The notes: generated by a model not told the origin, from the letters alone. Positions 24,813-40,438 are shown, numbered from the whole stretch's first letter. The stretch is DNA of 62,982 nucleotides, filler included, from Choristocarpus tenellus KU-1152 (GCA_964200185.2; 11 parts of 11 records of this genome joined end to end with filler, not necessarily neighbours in it), one strand, 5' to 3'. Made by a program: numbers and translations.

Positions 24813-26664
24813 ATACACCCCCACCCTGTTCCTTTCTTCCTGGTGCTACTGGAGCACTATGGCTACTCGGTGGCAGATATTTTCATCCTTTTCCTTTCCC
24901 CCAAGCACAGCTCCCCTGGATTTATCCAGGTAACCCCCCCCCCCCCCCCNNNNNNNNNNNNNNNNNNNNNNNNNNNNNNNNNNNNNNNNNNNNTTAATTA
25001 ATTAANNNNNNNNNNNNNNNNNNNNNNNNNNNNNNNNNNNNNNNNNNNNCCAAAAATCGCGATATGAAAAATTGACCCCAAATGGACAGCCGCCACCCCC
25101 TCCCAGATACTTTGAGCCATTGGCACAGTGCTCTTCTTCTTAGGTAGCTATTAATCAAGTACAAGTAGTAGACATATCTCTTGGCACTTACAGGTCGCAA
25201 CGCCAGTCCAGTTTGCACAAAGATATCAATACATGACGACTTGCGCAATTTAATAGGAGCGTACCTTCTCTCCGGCAGGTACAATATCGGTAGAAACATT
25301 TTTAGCACATTCAGGTTGTGTTATTAGTCCAATTCACACCCAACATATTGATACACGGGGTCTTGTGCAAAATATTTGCAAATATAGATCCTCTTTGGAA
25401 GTGAGGAATCAGGTAGAGGCTTTCTATTATTTCGTAGAACCCATTGGTGCTCCAGAAGTTCAACTTTCACAAAGATACAGATACACGAGGAATTGCGTAT
25501 TATCATTGGCACGTATATCCTCTTTAGTAGTTACAAGATAAGTGGAAAACGGGATATATCTTCCAGTAGCACCTACTGGTCCGTGTTTCCAGTCCAATTT
25601 GGAAAAGTAATGGATCCACGAGGACTTGGCCAAAAGTATTGGCACGTAGCTCCTCTTCGACAAGAGAGACACAGAAAAGTAGATATTAGTTGCTTGAAAT
25701 TGACTGGTTGTTCACAACTCCACTTTGTATAGAGATGTGGATACACCACGACTTGTCCAAATTCATCGGTGCATACCTCTTCTTTGGAAGGCACGAATCA
25801 GGTACGAAAATGTAGATATATTCTGAGAACTTTCAGGGTTTGTCACCAGTCCAGTTTGCATATAGATTCCATATGCCAGGACTTGCGCTGAAACAATGAC
25901 GCGTAGCTCCTCTTTGGCGTTTACAAACCAGGTGCAAAACACTACAGGTCTTTCATTGGTCCAATTTTCACCAGGATATCGATACACGAGGACTTGCGTA
26001 AGATTATTGGCATGTAGCTCCTTTTTGTCAGTTACAAACATGATACAGAACAGTAGATACATAATTTTGCACCTACAGGTCGTGTCGCAAGTCCAATTTG
26101 CATAAAGATAGCGATATGTAGGGAATTGCGCAAGAAGATTGACATGTAGCTCCTCTTGGCAGTTACAAAAACAGTACAAAACAATAGGTATTTTTCTTAG
26201 CATCTTCAGGTCTTGTCATCGGTCCAATTTGCACCGAGATAGCGATACACTAAGACTTGCGCAAAACTATTAGCATGTAACTCCTCTTTGGCAGTCAGTT
26301 ACTAGCATGGTACAGAAAAAAACTTTGTATCTATAGGTTGTGTCACCCGTCCAATTTGCGCGAAGATATATCGATATATGAGGACTTGCGCAAAGGCATT
26401 GGTACGCAGCTCCTCCTTGGCGGTTAGAAATCAAGTCCTGAACGGTAAATATATTTCGTAGAACCTAAGGGTGATGTCAGCAATCCAATGTGCACAAGTA
26501 CTCCAAAACACGAAATATTGCTCAAAATTATTGACAAGTGACTCTTTTTTGGTGTTACAAATCAGAAGCATTAATTTTTGCATCGCCTACAGGTGGTTTC
26601 ACCAGTTCGATTTGTACGAAGTTATTGAAACACGTGGATTCTGCGCAAGAATATCGAGACGTAC

Positions 26665-27529
26665 TGGGGTATCAAATATATAGTTGCAAGTGTGGGCGGG
26701 ATAGGCAATAGAATCCCTTAGAGTCAAAGTAAGCGAGAGGTACTCAGACTTGCATTTTAAGGGTGCAAATATGTATGTCCAAAATTTGGCTTTTTGGGAA
26801 ATTCATGTAGGACCTTTTCTGAATTCTTTCAAAAAGTCTTTAACAATAATAGAGAAATCAATGCTGTCAAGTCAAACTTAGCACGTCATCCATAGAATTA
26901 TGGGTGAGTTGCGTAAGATTGAAAAACCGGGTTAAAATACAAACCGGCAAAACCTGGGTACCTCTCGCTTGCTTTGACTCTTATTCGCTGCCAATCCTCA
27001 ATGCGGGCCAGTGAAGTGCTCGGCAAGCAAAATAGGCCCCCCTCCTGGTGAGGGGCCACGCCTGAGGCAAACGTTTTTGAGGGACACATCAATCTGGATG
27101 CCATTTCCCGCAGGAAAAGGTGCATGATGGGGTGTGATAAAACACCTTTATGTTGCTGTATTTATCTGTTATATAACACATCAATTTGCGCAATTTGCGT
27201 GTTGTGGACGCAGTCCCCATACAACACCCCACAGCATTCTGTCTTCTACAAAGAATTGCTTTTATTTTCAATTGGTGTAAAAGGGGGTATGCTGACGGGA
27301 GAAGAACCTCTGTAATATTTCTGTCGAAAAGACGGGAGATCTATATCTTGATATTGTATGCGGGGCCTCAAGTACCATCTATTTTCATTGAGTGCCGCCA
27401 TTTTCTCACGAAAAGAGAGAATAAAATCGGATGCAGGCACTATTCTGCTGGCTCTATTCCAGTCCAAACGTCCAGTTTCAATCGACACAAATCTTCGATT
27501 TGACCTCAAAATCGTCGTTTGGTACCCTG
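26665..27529. mobile_element. Non-autonomous hAT-like element inserted into the tandem array
   Basis: Short TIRs TGGGGTATCAAA and TTTGGTACCCTG; 8-bp TSD AGACGTAC / ACACGTAC (7/8 match). The interrupted array unit resumes exactly after it. Confidence 0.7.
26721..26980. mobile_element. MITE family C (260 bp), nested in the hAT-like element
   Basis: 27-bp TIRs GAGTCAAAGTAAGCGAGAGGTACTCAG and CTGGGTACCTCTCGCTTGCTTTGACTC; TTA on both flanks. Confidence 0.85.
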
Positions 27530-27609
27530 ACACGTACCTCCTCTTTGGCAGTTACATAACCTGTGCAGAACGTTAGAAATATGAAATTTACATAGTGTCA
27601 CTAGTCAGT

Positions 27610-27856
27610 CGCGGTTCGGTGACATAGCAAGAGGGAAGCCAACCAATACCGGTGATACGAGAGTGTAGTTTATGGCGCAATGAACTTCATGGCAGAGTGG
27701 TATTCCAAGGAACCTGTGATACCTGACGGACGACATGGTAAAGCTGGAGCTAAGACAGCCTTAGATCAGGGCCCATCCATGCATATTTACCACAACCACC
27801 TCTGTCTGCTGAGTGCTGCTTTGCTTGGCGTCTTTCTCCTTTCTGTCTTGATTCTT
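27610..27856 (+). mobile_element. RTE-like LINE extreme 3' fragment
   Basis: (W>*)YESVVYGAMNFMAEWYSKE and the following CCAC..CCAC.CTGTCT.CTG..TGCTG tail parallel 33376-33545. Confidence 0.5.
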
Positions 27857-28112
27857 GAGTGAAAGTATCTTAGAGGGTACGAGTTTTGCCCTGTTTGTCC
27901 ATTTGGGGCTTGACTTCTCATGGGGTTTTTATGTCATTTCCCTATTCCAAAATGTTTAGGAGTAGGTAAAATATATACGTTATGAAAAGGTTTGTCCGAA
28001 ACATAGATATTGACACTTCCTAACAAACACGATAGCCAAAATGACATCAAATGACAACATTGGACTTAGACCCCCAAATTGACGCGGCTCTACCCTCTAA
28101 GTACTTTGGCTC
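27857..28112. mobile_element. MITE family A, full-length
   Basis: TIRs GAGTGAAAGTATCTTAGAGGGTA and TACCCTCTAAGTACTTTGGCTC; colinear with 40181-40438. Confidence 0.87.
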
Positions 28113-28672
28113 CTTGCCTTCGTCTTTTCCCTTTCCTCTCTTTCCTTTGTGTATCATGTGTGACGAGGGGTGTTTTTCAGATTGGCTGAACCTGGTATAA
28201 CTGGACGTTATTGAGTTGTTAGTGCAATACACCTGATTTCTCTTTGTTTCCCTTGTAAATACATTGGTGTTCTTTCTCCTCACTTTTCTTCACTCTTCTT
28301 TTCAACCGTTTTTCCTTTTTTCTATAGTACTTGTTGTGCCTCTCAAGCACTATGTATTACCCTTTTCTGACAGCCTTGTGACCATCGATTTGGAACCACT
28401 CAGACCAAGACAAATAATAATATGTGCAATTTATTCCCCAAGTATCGGGCTCAAAGTATCTGGGAGGGGGTGGCGGCTGTCCACATGGGGTCAATTTTTT
28501 CATCTCACGATTTTTGGGTGATTTGGTTGCATACNNNNNNNNNNNNNNNNNNNNNNNNNNNNNNNNNNNNNNNNNNNNTTAATTAATTAANNNNNNNNNN
28601 NNNNNNNNNNNNNNNNNNNNNNNNNNNNNNNNNNTTACACAAGACCTGGAATGGTGAGGGTGGAGTGGGGTG

Positions 28673-28720
<48 letters not shown>

Positions 28721-29139
28721 CTATCCGTTCAAGAAGACATCAAAAACGTACCCGACATGAATCGTACTTTTTTTAGTTTAGCTCAGTATTTAGGTCAGTA
28801 TTGACACTGCATACTGCATAGTTAATACTATATAGTTAATTATCCATGTTTGAGTAGGTTTCAAGTATGGTGTAGAGGAGGAAAGCGAAACTATCTTCAC
28901 CACAACCAAGATGTACAACCAACATACGTAATAATCTCCTGTTCTCAACAGCAACCTGCATTACACTCCATCTCCTGTGATACACAAAAAACAACAGTCT
29001 GCCACAAAACAGCACCACAGACTCCAGGGCAAACGCTCCAGAGCGACCCATAGCTTGATATCCTTCAGCACACACTCCAGAGCACCTCATCGTAAGACAT
29101 CTCAAGTCGTTTCGGCACTCAACACACCCTAACCCTCTA

Positions 29140-32550
<3,411 letters not shown>

Positions 32551-32703
32551 CGTCGCCTCCTCTGGTTTCTTTGGAATGTCCTCTACAGTTGTTGGGCACC
32601 TCCCACACCACTACGCACAGTGCATTCATTGCTGTTGGTTTTCTACCATAACACATCTTTGTTACCAAAAAAAATAAGAAAAATACTATCTCATTTAATT
32701 AGT

Positions 32704-32745
32704 ACTATCCACATTTTGCGGAGTTCGAACCCCTTCAATGACAGG
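32704..32745 (-). promoter_or_regulatory. Upstream dyad motif, copy 3
   Basis: The minus strand reads CCTGTCATTGAAGGGGTTCGAACTCCGCAAAATGTGGATAGT and aligns with 638-682. It lies 154-195 bp upstream of the dapL ATG. Confidence 0.4.
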
Positions 32746-33079
32746 ATTATTTCGTAGACCATTGCCAACTATTGTTTCTTCGCCATATGTTATTTTTCCC
32801 TCCCTAGATGACAACCTCCACATAAATCAGTGGGTGTAATAAAGTGTCTCTAATGTATGTTTTTTATGTTTGTGCTACAAGAACTCCAGTATTAAATAGT
32901 TATGATCGGAATGCTCATCAAGGGTAGGGGCTGGAGTATACCTTGAGAATGTACATATGGTACATGGTTTTATAAAAGACGTTGACACTACTTCGCCAGT
33001 TCAACTATATATATATATATACATATATGCGAATTTTCACTCTTATCGCCTCAAATTGATACAAGGTTTGTATTTCTCT

Positions 33080-33545
33080 AACGGGAAGCGTTCTGATCAC
33101 ACACTGTATTTTCTACTACAAAGGTGCCCTTGTTGTGAATACTGTGAGAGTATCAAGGCAGCTGTTCCAAAATAGACTTCTATTTGTAAGGTTCTTTGGA
33201 AGCATGCGAAAACAGTGACTTCCCAAGGTGTTGATGTTCGGGGAATTTGAAGGTAGAAAACGGAACCAAGGTGGACAGGAGACAAGCTGGCGAATATGCC
33301 TGCAAGTTGACCTTGATAAGTTTTGTTTATCACGGTTGAGGGATTGACAGCAAGAGCAGTAAGTAACAGATAGAGGTGATATGAGCATGTGGTTGGAGGA
33401 ACCACGAGCTTTGTGATGGCAAAGTCGCATTTCAAGGAAAGATGATTGTTGTTGTACGTAATGTTAAAGATCAGTCAAGTCAGCCTGAGTGCAACACCAC
33501 CACCACCACTGTCTCCTGCATGCTGTTTTTCTTACAGTACTTCTC
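33080..33545 (+). mobile_element. Decayed RTE-clade LINE 3' end
   Basis: KRSDHTL...CESIKAAV...(R>*)LPKVLMFGEFEGRKRNQGGQETSWRICLQVDLDKF matches the RLPK.vmfGel.g.R..Gg...W...l..Dl C-terminal signature of RTE-type reverse transcriptases. Confidence 0.72.
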
Positions 33546-34125
33546 TTTTTGGGGGTGGTGATTTTTGTTGCTTCCTTTTTGAGGTATGAACGACTAGAAT
33601 TTTGTGGGGTATATAAGCGTGTTACGCCTGAGTTCTCTCTATTGCCCTCATATATACACTGGGTTCCTTGTTTTTTCGCTTTTCTTATCTTTTTCTCAGA
33701 TTATTCACTACTTTGTGCAGTAAAAGGTTAGTTGAACAATAGCAATGGGCAAGGACATACCCTTGGCAAGGACCTTGTTCAACGCCAAACTATTCCAAGC
33801 ACTCCCCGTTACCCATCCACACACAACAATGTCGTATTCCAACACAAAAATTACGAATGACAAAAATCATTTTGGCAGCCACACCAATCTTGGGCAGAAC
33901 TGTCCAAGAGGTCGTAGTAAACGGAGTCATATGTCTTCTGCAGGTCAAAAAAGCACACAGTGCATGTACGTGCAAGGGGTTGCTCTTCCTCGCCAAATAT
34001 CTTCTAGTAAACAGGCGCCACAAATACTATGACAATCGCCAAGAAATCCGCATTGCTCCTCTCTGGCGGTACATCCTCCTTCCTTTTCACCATAGACTCC
34101 AAGGCGCCGCTCAGCAATCTTGAGG

Positions 34126-34220
34126 AACACTCTACAGGAGTATATATACACATGCAGTAGTAACCAAAAATGCCGTATTTTTGGTTACTACTGCATGTGT
34201 ATATACTCCTGTAGAGTGTT
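34126..34220. repeat. Near-perfect 95-bp palindrome/hairpin
   Basis: The arm AACACTCTACAGGAGTATATATACACATGCAGTAGTAACCAAAAAT is matched by its reverse complement (one TA unit shorter) around a 5-nt loop, GCCGT. Confidence 0.95.
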
Positions 34221-34699
34221 TATGTACGAGTCAAAGTTTCTTCATAGTAGCGCTGGACCCACTAAAAAGTTTCTCTAGAGTAGTCTGATGAGGAGTAGTT
34301 GTCAATTTGACTCTCCATATAAAGTGAGAACTGGAGGAGTATGATTATTCAATACTACTATGCAACTGAATATGAAGACAAATGGGCGGATGTGTATAAT
34401 TTATTGCAAAGTGGAGCAGAGCTTTTGAAATAACAACACAACCCTACAACCTTTTGGGGTCTGAGGAATCCCTTTATTGCTCTACTATGTAGTATGGTCA
34501 AGCTCAGGTTCATTCAAGTACTCACGGAGTAGAGGAGTTTGGAGTTATTCTCTAATGTATTGTGATCCATTGCAGAAAGGTTACCCATTTTTAGAGCAGT
34601 TTTTCGTTTATCGAGAGAATCTGTTTATTTGCTTTGTTGGTACACAATTGTAGTTACTAGGTGTCGCGCCCTAAATTGCACTAGCACAAGTCACTCAAT

Positions 34700-35900
34700 C
34701 TGAACAAATTTCCCTAAGGCATGCTTTAGAGTGCTTGGCTTTGCTTCCACGTGGTGCTACACAAATGGGTAGAGCAATATCACTCAGGCACATTTTGGCA
34801 CGGTTCAAACCCGTGTGCAAATGCTTGTTGGCAGTCTGGCAATATTTGCCCCTCCATTTGCACTCGTTGCTATTGTTCCCAGTGCAACAAGGTTGTTTCC
34901 AGCGTTGTAAGGTCCCTCTGACCCGTGAGGGAGTTAAACTTGTAGGTGTTCCACCCCCCCAAAATACTCTTGCAATCTTCACCCTGCCACTCAAAGTACG
35001 TATTGCGATGGTGACATTCAAGATCTATGTGAGCAAATGTAAGTAAGGATGCCCTTTCATTGGACCTTCCGATGGTACAGAATCCGCCCTCTATTCAATG
35101 CAACCAGGAGGATCAGGACAGGGGCAAGGTCTACCGCCCATTTATGTCAATGTGGTCATATGTATTTCACAGATGAACATGTGGCGAGGATGCTCTAACT
35201 TTCTCTACTTGGTGTTCCTCACAACAACATGCTCTGGCATGCTCGATCCCTGCACCTCGTGTCACAATCAAATTTTGACCTATCACCAGGATTAGACCTT
35301 TGCACAGAATTCCACACACTATGACAAACATATTACGACAATGCTGTTGAGTGATAATCCTGGTGAGTACTCCTATGTCTCGCTTGCAGAAACCACAACA
35401 GGTCATTGCCATCCTTTTCATGGTCAGGATGGGGTAGTGCAGGTAATGATGCTGAACGTGGGTTTATTAATAATATTTTGATTCACAACAGACTGGGTAC
35501 TATCCCAACCAGTGGTCAGAGCCATTGCACACTGGACGACGCTTCATACTAACTACTGACTAACTTTTGCGCTCCGACTAATTGTACTGCCTCCATTCCT
35601 ACTTTTCTTCATACATTAGCCCTCCCATTGCTCGTCACTCCATCTACTTCCTCAAATCTTCAGCTGGACTCCACCACCTCGAAAATAACACCTCAATCTT
35701 GGTGTGGATTTTTTTTGCTGCATAGGCACAGGAAGGATAGTAGAGCTAAAGGTGTACAATCTGTTGTGGTTGGCACATGGATTGGGATAATCAAGACTAG
35801 ATTTCTGAGAAAGTGATTCTGACCTCAAAGGGGTTCTCAAACCTGCAAATATCAAGCGAGTAGCTACCACCTTGACCACAAATTCAACACAATGTGGATG
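34700..35900 (+). mobile_element. Highly decayed CRE-like non-LTR reverse transcriptase region
   Basis: Scattered motifs appear in the expected order (KC...EGVKLVGVP; DKHITTMLL; QVIAILFMVRMG; LLVTPSTSSNLQLD) with many stops and frameshifts. Confidence 0.4.
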
Positions 35901-36321
35901 GGAGGAGAAAGATGAGGGGAACCTCCGTCAGTTAGTAGGCACTTGTCTTCTTGAAGGACCAGTGCCTGAATATACGGCTGGGGGCTGTGTCTGGAGGAAG
36001 CGAGGAGGACAAGATCTGTACTAAAACCAACCAATATGGGCTCAAGTGAGCCGAGAAAAAAATTCTGATTAATTTTGCACGTTCAAAGTAGCATGTGAAT
36101 AGCTGATCACTGGAGATGTTTAAATTATTGGTGTTCTAGAGCAATAATCTGCTGCCTCCCAGGTACACAAAATCCGTTTTTCCACAACCTGCTACCGGAT
36201 AGAGGAACCACTCAGTTGTGGATCTTTCACAGTGCTGCAACACTAATGATAGTATGTTTGACCTATTTGTGTTGCCTCGCAACACCTGCAACCAATCTTC
36301 GAAAGAACTAAGACAAGCTTT

Positions 36322-36545
36322 TAGCCAAATTATCTTAGAGGGTAGAGCCGGGTCCATTTGGAGGCCAAACTCCAATGTTGCCATTATGATGTAGTTTCAG
36401 CTACCATATTAATTAAAAAGTGTCAATATCCTTGTGAACCAAAGTATCTGGGAGGGAGGGGGTGCTATACACCAGGGTGTCCATTTGGGTCAAAATGAGA
36501 AAAAGTGCATTTACTGTATCCATCCAACGTATGCAACCAAATCAC
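36322..36545. mobile_element. MITE family A left part (36322-36435) interrupted by a family B copy (36436-36545)
   Basis: Family A sequence TAGCCAAATTATCTTAGAGGGTAGAGCC... runs to AAGTGTCAATATCCTTGT, then GAACCAAAGTATCTGGGAGGG begins. Confidence 0.75.
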
Positions 36546-36680
36546 NNNNNNNNNNNNNNNNNNNNNNNNNNNNNNNNNNNNNNNNNNNNTTAATTAATTA
36601 ANNNNNNNNNNNNNNNNNNNNNNNNNNNNNNNNNNNNNNNNNNNNCTCTAAGCCCCACCAATTTTTGCTGTTGCACACTT

Positions 36681-36864
36681 GACCAAAGTATCTGGGGGGG
36701 GGGGGGGGATCTACACCAGGGTGTCCATTTGGACCAAAACCAGGAAAAGTGCACTTACATTATCCATCCAATATATGCAACCAAATCGCTCAAAAATCGC
36801 GACATGAAAAAATTGACCCCAAATGGACAGCCGCCACCCCCTTCCCCCCAGATACTCTGAGCCC
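36681..36864. mobile_element. MITE family B, full-length (~184 bp)
   Basis: TIRs GACCAAAGTATCTGGGGGG and CCCCCCAGATACTCTGAGCCC. Other copies lie at 20314-20370, 25050-25118, 28447-28534, 36436-36545 and 56915-57076, nearly all at contig edges. Confidence 0.85.
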
Positions 36865-37016
36865 TTAATCTCTTCAAGCTTGGAGCTCCACACCTGTATG
36901 CTGGTAGACAGACACATCGAAATTAAAAAATTAAGACCGCCTTTTTATTTTGGTCTAACCCTAACCCTACTCTCATTCCCAACTTTTTTTTCTTGTTTTT
37001 GTGTTGTGCTTTCAAG

Positions 37017-38579
37017 AGCTGGATCTTCATACGTGCACTCTAGCAGACACAGCAGGGTTGAAAACAACCTTCTTCACCCTTTCAGTGCTGCCCAGTCAGC
37101 GGCCTGTAAGTGCCTTTGCAGGTTGGTTTGATGTTTTTTTCAAGGGTACAGAAGATGCCCCCCTCAAGAACCCTGTCACACTGTCCACCTCCCCGACAGC
37201 TGGGTATACGCATTGGGGACAGCAGGTGAGGTTGAGCAGAAAGTGTGAACGTAAGGCTGAGCGGTTATACTTCAACCTGACATAGGTCAATTTCAATAAA
37301 GTGATATTGAGATCGTATAAATAGTGGAATGCTAACGGTGGGGATTCTACTTTTCATGCCGTATCTTCAATACTAGTATAGTATTTTTTGTATTACTCAA
37401 TATTAGTGTTATTGTCTCCGTGGCTGGCTCTGTAGCTCACTTTCAAGCTCCAGAGTTCCCTGTATTGTTCCTGCAGGTCATACCCGTGCACAACTCCAAA
37501 CTATCAAAAAAAGAGTTCATATCTCAATCCTTCCACTGGTCGGTTTTACATCTACAATCTACTCATTCAATACACGTGGTTGGGTAGTGTAAGATAAGAG
37601 GCTGATGGAGGTGGGATTCTTATTCATTTCCACCGATTTTTCACTTGGCGGATGACCCCATCCAGTGTTTTAAATTATATATTGTAATTTTAAATGGGCT
37701 TTCCATTTAAATAGCGGTATGTTATGACTAAGAAAAAACTATGGACAGTGTATGCAAAATCACTTGTACCGTTTGGGGGGAATGTATTGACGTTGAATTG
37801 GTCCATCCACTGCCAATTTCCGTCGACAAAAAGTGGAAAATTTCTTAATTAGTTGGCATCCTGTCCAGGAAAAGGTCACTATTTAAAACAGCTTGGTGTT
37901 GAGTTTATTTGATTGTTGAAGGGTCCATGGATTATATATAGCCTTTCCCGTTTCAACTTGCTGCTTTGACCTGCTGCATCTGTTTTCGAATGCTTGTGCT
38001 GCAGCAAGTGTGTGGTGTTTTGATGTGATGTATTAGGGGATCGTGCTTGCCTTTGAAGTGACAGACTTTGAAGTGACAGACTATGATCTCCCTCGTGGAG
38101 ATCGATTTTGTTTGTCATTTTGTGAAGTGTTCCAAGAACCTACCTATTGGTGCATTCATGTTATACTAGACATTGTTTTCTCCTTGTCATGTACCTTTGG
38201 TTGTACATCCTGCACACATTTGGTCTTGTCCCAACCCAGCACATCCCTCTTTTGACTCACTGGTTATCTGAGGTGTAGGCACTGAGTGTTTATTGCACCC
38301 TAACCCTAACCCTTGGATTGAAAAGTTCCGTGTAGATGTGTTCTTATTTTCATTTTGTTCACATCCTATCCTCCTTCACAGGTGTTTTACTTGAGGCGCA
38401 ACATTCCGGCTAAGACAGAGCATGGCCCTGTAGAAGTAGAGGGTGTTACCACAATATCAAGACAAAAAGAGAACCCGCGTCTGTACGATGTTGACATACG
38501 GCATCAAGTTGTTGTGAGGGACACCGTAGGAGATCCTATACGGCAAGATGTTGTCAGGTCATCATACAAGCTTTCGTGA
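37017..38579 (+). CDS. Protein arginine N-methyltransferase (PRMT10-like), last two exons
   Basis: Exons 37017-37225 and 38382-38579 give AFAGWFDVFFKG...VTLSTSPTAGYTHWGQQVFYL...SRQKENPRLYDV. The THW loop is a PRMT hallmark, and THWGQQVF resembles plant PRMT10. Confidence 0.88.
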
Positions 38580-40180
38580 TGGTCAGGTATGGCTGGGAGC
38601 AGGAAATGGACCGTCAGAGCGGACGCCAACACAGCCCTGGTACCAACTACCCGCAAGTTGATTCATGCATGTTCCTAATTAAGAGGCAAGGTCTAAATAG
38701 AAGCTGCATAGAGGACATAGTTTGAGTCTTGATCGACAACTGACTGTTGTCATTGAAATCGTTTGTGATGATGCTGCTAGCACCATGCCTGCTCTTTTGG
38801 GTTCCTATGGTAGAGTAAAATGCAGGTGAGGCATGAAAAGTGCTTATCGCTCGATGAGGTTGAGGGACTCTTGTCTTGTCCTGAAAATGACACCCGTCTC
38901 AGAAGTATTAGTGAATGATCTGATTCTGCGCTTGTCATTTGTTGGTGCATTCAGTACCCGTGGTTAACTGTTGTGAGGCCTTGGGTGTAGGTACACGTAA
39001 CAGACTGTTCCTGTGTTGTTGGGATGCTTGACGCTCCCAACAAAGAGGATCATGGGGCAAGGGAGTCCAGGTGGCGATGTACATTATCTTGCAAATTTTG
39101 CTTTCAAGTGAGTTGTCCCTTCTAAGAAAGATGGGGCTCATTGGGGCATTGATTACTGTGCTCGTTTGGCATGTATGTAATTTTGTTTAATCACATCAGG
39201 GGATCTCAATCTCTCTCACACTGATGGGTTATTTTACTAAGTTTTGACAGTAGTTCAAGAGCATTGAGTGTTGTGTAGTCTGACTATTTCCTCAACAACA
39301 GAGTTGGAGGCAATGACCACATCTTTTTTTTTCATAGCAGAACTAGATAGCATGCGTTTGTGTGGGTGTATCCCTTATGTGTCAAAAGAAGGCATCTGGC
39401 AGGAATGTGCATATAAACTTATCGCTGTGTGTGGCAAAGAAGAGTGTGAACTATTTATTCAATACGTAAGATTGCTCTAGCATACCTAGAGTAGTGCCAA
39501 AATCGGTTCCTAATTTTTCTATGAAAGTTTATTTTTCCATTGTTTGAACCCTCTTGCATTCTAAGCCATTATTCAAACCCTGTACAATACACTCTCTATT
39601 TCAGTTACTATATGTGCACAATGGTGTATGAAAAATCAATATTCCCCCTTCCCACAACAAAAAGTGACACCACAATAATCAAGCAAAGATTATTTCTGTA
39701 GGTGTACAAAATGGCCTCTTTTTCCCTTTCTCGGGATCCAAAAAATGCAACCCTAACCCTACTTCTCTATTGCTCAATTCTTTCAAGTACAACACATACA
39801 ATCCCTGCATTTTTGCTCTTATAAAATAAGTACACACTTCACCTCAGTGATAAGGCCCCCTTGGGGGACACTACTTGCAGTGAACCTTGAAGTCGACTAA
39901 CAGCACAATTACCACTGTTTAGTCCAACGGTCACTGCAATGACCAAATAGATACTCATCGTATCCACCTCCATAACTGACTGTAGATCAAGAAGTGAAAT
40001 GTTGATACCATTATATGTGGAGCAACAACATTCTTATCTCGCCAGAACAATCAATGCCTGTTATGCCCCCCAGTGATACAATTTCTTGAAACATTTAATA
40101 TTCCCATATGGCGACCTTCCAGCCCACCCATCAACCCTAACTCAAGATCGTCACAAGGATATGTGTATGATAGAAATCTT

Positions 40181-40438
40181 GAGTGAAAGTGTCTTAGAGG
40201 GTACGAGTTTTGACCTATTTGTCCATTTGGGGCTTGGTTTCCCATGGGTTCGTTTATGACATTTTTTCTACTCCAAAATGTTTAGGAGTAGGTAAAGGGA
40301 ATATGTTGTGAAAGGTGTGTCCAGAACATGGATATTGACACTTCCTAACAAAAACGATAGCCAAAATTGTAACAAAATCGCAACATTGAAATTGGCCCCA
40401 AAATGGACACGGCTCTACTCTCTAAGACACTTTGACTC
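40181..40438. mobile_element. MITE family A, full-length
   Basis: TIRs GAGTGAAAGTGTCTTAGAG and CTCTAAGACACTTTGACTC; colinear with 27857-28112. Confidence 0.87.

Larger units (their letters stand above)
25119..27605. repeat. Diverged tandem array of ~130-bp units (about 12 copies at 25119-26664, one more partial unit at 27530-27605)
   Basis: Recurrent core GTCCAATTTGCAC.AAGATATCGATACACGAGGACTTGCGCAA.ATTATTGGCACGTAGCTCCTCTTTGGCAGTTACAA. The (C/A)TTGCGC anchors fall near 25240, 25362, 25492, 25625, 25752, 25882, 25993, 26125, 26256, 26385, 26517 and 26641. Confidence 0.9.

Noticed and set aside
25119-26664. CRISPR array, or a 44-aa repeat protein (ORF 25763-26203)
   Set aside because: The repeats are long and degenerate, the linkers are homologous to each other, no cas genes are present and the context is eukaryotic. 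Unit lengths are often not multiples of three and stops are frequent.
28670-28718. Long poly-G/poly-C runs (also 24934, 62063, 62897) as G-quadruplex elements
   Set aside because: Homopolymer lengths near contig ends are unreliable and nothing else supports a function.
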